From the NCBI GenBank assembly GCA_017629835.1, contig JAGBWK010000005.1, positions 9,384 to 73,383 on the forward strand: a DNA stretch of 64,000 bases. The letters run 5' to 3'. Under the pieces are notes generated by a model, which made no database searches, was not told the DNA's origin, and saw only the letters and a list, made by a program, of their open reading frames with translations. Below are positions 62,118 to 64,000 of the stretch, piece after piece (within the stretch, counting starts at the first letter, position 1; each line of letters opens with the position of its first letter). The DNA comes from Muribaculaceae bacterium (GTDB taxonomy: Bacteria > Bacteroidota > Bacteroidia > Bacteroidales > Muribaculaceae). The position numbers and the translations under genes are program-made.

Positions 62118-64000
62118 ATGAAAAAGAACCTCTTGTACGGCCTGATGCTATCGGCTACAGCTCTATCGTTATGGAGTTGTACTGAAGACATCAATCCTGG
62201 AGGCTCGGCTGTAGGAAAAATTAGCACTACAGTAAATCTTGACACTGATGCAATCAAACCGCATTCCAGCAAAGCAAGAGCCGAAGCCCAAGGTATCACG
62301 GTCAGTGACTTGAAACTCAATCTCCTCCCTGACGACAATTCTCAAACTCCTCTACTCGGAGTGTCTGTTGAAGAATTCAACAACAGCGACGAATTCAAGG
62401 TTGGAAGCTACAAAATTGAAGCTTACTACGGTAAATCTTCCGATGAAGGCTTTGAAAGCCCATACTATTTTGGTGAATCGCAGAAATTCACCGTTCTCGA
62501 AAACAAAGTCACCAATGTCAGCGTCAACGTTGCGCTTGCAAACACTATGGTGACAATCTCTACTACCGAAGCGTTCGACAGCTACTTTGGCTCAGCCTCT
62601 TTCCAACTCAACACAGCTGGCAGCACCAATACTTTCGATTACGCTTCAAATGAAACTCGCCCATTGTACATGACTCCGGGCGAAATCACTGTATATGCTA
62701 AGGTAAAACGACCCAGCGACGGTGCTGAAACTACTGTTAAAGTAATTAGCTTCAACGCTGCGGCTCGTCATCACTACAGCATCACTGCCGACATTAATAA
62801 TGGTAGCGCTGGCAATGCAGTGATGAACATTTCATTCATCGACACAGTTGGCGAACAAATCGAGGTTCCTATCGAACTTTCCGACGAGCTTTTTGCCTAT
62901 AGCGCACCCTCAATCAAGCTTTCGGGCTATGATGCAAATGCATCTTATCGCTACATTCAAGGCAATTGCCCTGCCGACCTTAAGCCCGAGCTCCAAATCT
63001 TTGCTCCCGGCGGTGTTAAATCAATCGTAATGACTCAACAGTCAGATTGGCTAACCGCTCAAGGCATCGGCTCGACAGTTGAACTTGTAAATTGCGCTGA
63101 AGCAGATCATGCTAAGTATCAACAAATCGGTATTGAAGGTAAATACAGCAATGTTGACAAACTTGCCGTAATCAACCTCACCCGTTTATTTAACAATATC
63201 CGCTATGTTGACGGCACATCAAACGAAAGCTCAATTTCATTCTTAGTTACCGACACCTACGGAAAAGTTTCTGAACCTGTAGTGCTTAATGCAACTATCG
63301 ACTGCCTCGTTGCAACGATTGCCGACGATGAATCCCCAATCATCTATTTCGGCGAAAGCACAATGGAGCTTGCCGTCGACTATAATGGCAACGACTTCGC
63401 AAAAGATATCAGATTTGAGTTCAAAAACAATCGTGATACATGGAGCGAAGCTCCTTACGACATCTTCGAGCAGGACGGCTCTCGCTATTTCATTGGACTC
63501 AAGAATCTGCGCACCGACGGAACTACTATCACTATCCGTCTTATTCTTGAAGAAAAAGTCGCTGAAACTCGCAACATCGACCGAGTTGACCTTCAAGCCG
63601 TAGTCAACGCCAACGACGTATTTGCTCGTTCCGCTATTGTTCAGCTTGTAAGCAGCTCTATCGACCTCAATTCTGCAACAATCCAAGTTGCGCCAGCTTC
63701 CGACCCATACAACTTTACTAACGCTACATTCGAAAATCTTGGCAACGGTGCATATCGCATAAAGAATCTTTCCGGCAACACTGAATATCGTGTACGAGGT
63801 ATCATTGGTAAAAACCGTGCAACCACATCATTCACGACCGAAGTTGAAAGCCAGATTCCGAATGGAGATATGGAAACATGGGCAATGGTTAGCAAAGGTA
63901 ACTACTGGTCAAACCCCGTACCTGGAGCCTCGCTTGCAGCATCAGCTTGGGGTACAAACAATCCTCTGACTACCAGTGCAGGTGCCGACTTGGGTTACTG
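62118..64000 (+). CDS. Large outer-membrane lipoprotein (DUF4493-like N terminus, PCMD-like domain), runs off window end
   Basis: Manual translation MKKNLLYGLMLSATALSLWSC (lipobox), GSYKIEAYYG..EGFESPYYFG, ALANTMV, later QIPNGDMETW and WGTNN. Confidence 0.75.
   Translation, partial: MKKNLLYGLMLSATALSLWSCTEDINPGGSAVGKISTTVNLDTDAIKPHSSKARAEAQGITVSDLKLNLLPDDNSQTPLLGVSVEEFNNSDEFKVGSYKIEAYYGKSSDEGFESPYYFGESQKFTVLENKVTNVSVNVALANTMVTISTTEAFDSYFGSASFQLNTAGSTNTFDYASNETRPLYMTPGEITVYAKVKRPSDGAETTVKVISFNAAARHHYSITADINNGSAGNAVMNISFIDTVGEQIEVPIELSDELFAYSAPSIKLSGYDANASYRYIQGNCPADLKPELQIFAPGGVKSIVMTQQSDWLTAQGIGSTVELVNCAEADHAKYQQIGIEGKYSNVDKLAVINLTRLFNNIRYVDGTSNESSISFLVTDTYGKVSEPVVLNATIDCLVATIADDESPIIYFGESTMELAVDYNGNDFAKDIRFEFKNNRDTWSEAPYDIFEQDGSRYFIGLKNLRTDGTTITIRLILEEKVAETRNIDRVDLQAVVNANDVFARSAIVQLVSSSIDLNSATIQVAPASDPYNFTNATFENLGNGAYRIKNLSGNTEYRVRGIIGKNRATTSFTTEVESQIPNGDMETWAMVSKGNYWSNPVPGASLAASAWGTNNPLTTSAGADLGY

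Overview
Chromosomal segment of a Bacteroidales bacterium (Muribaculaceae-like by gene content and TAnnTTTG promoters). It is mostly housekeeping: dnaJ-grpE-ispE, lepA, rprXY, porQ-cmk-ispH, dnaG, methylmalonyl-CoA mutase, an eight-gene arginine operon, glmS, type III glutamine synthetase, pyrKD, lspA-dksA-ileS, ddl-murF, trxA-dnaE, ribBA and lptF. Three regions stand out. (1) The arg operon has no adjacent argR; instead it has a 15-codon leader ORF ending CGA-CGA-TGA inside alternative RNA hairpins, followed by a C-rich tract, a candidate arginine-sensing attenuator. (2) An accessory block at about 28.8-35.8 kb holds a stand-alone amylase and a three-gene restriction-modification-like system: a half methyltransferase, a full N6-methyltransferase with an AT-rich specificity region, and a GIY-YIG/SF2 helicase with a UvrD/PcrA-like Tudor tail. 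A highly structured leader RNA of about 340 nt, with an overlapping terminator and a small ORF, precedes this system. (3) A 1.4-kb AT-rich gap holds a dif-like site, a pair of direct repeats and many TTTACA boxes before an XRE-type HTH gene. I found no rRNA, tRNA, CRISPR array or transposase. All calls come from reading the sequence; no searches were run.
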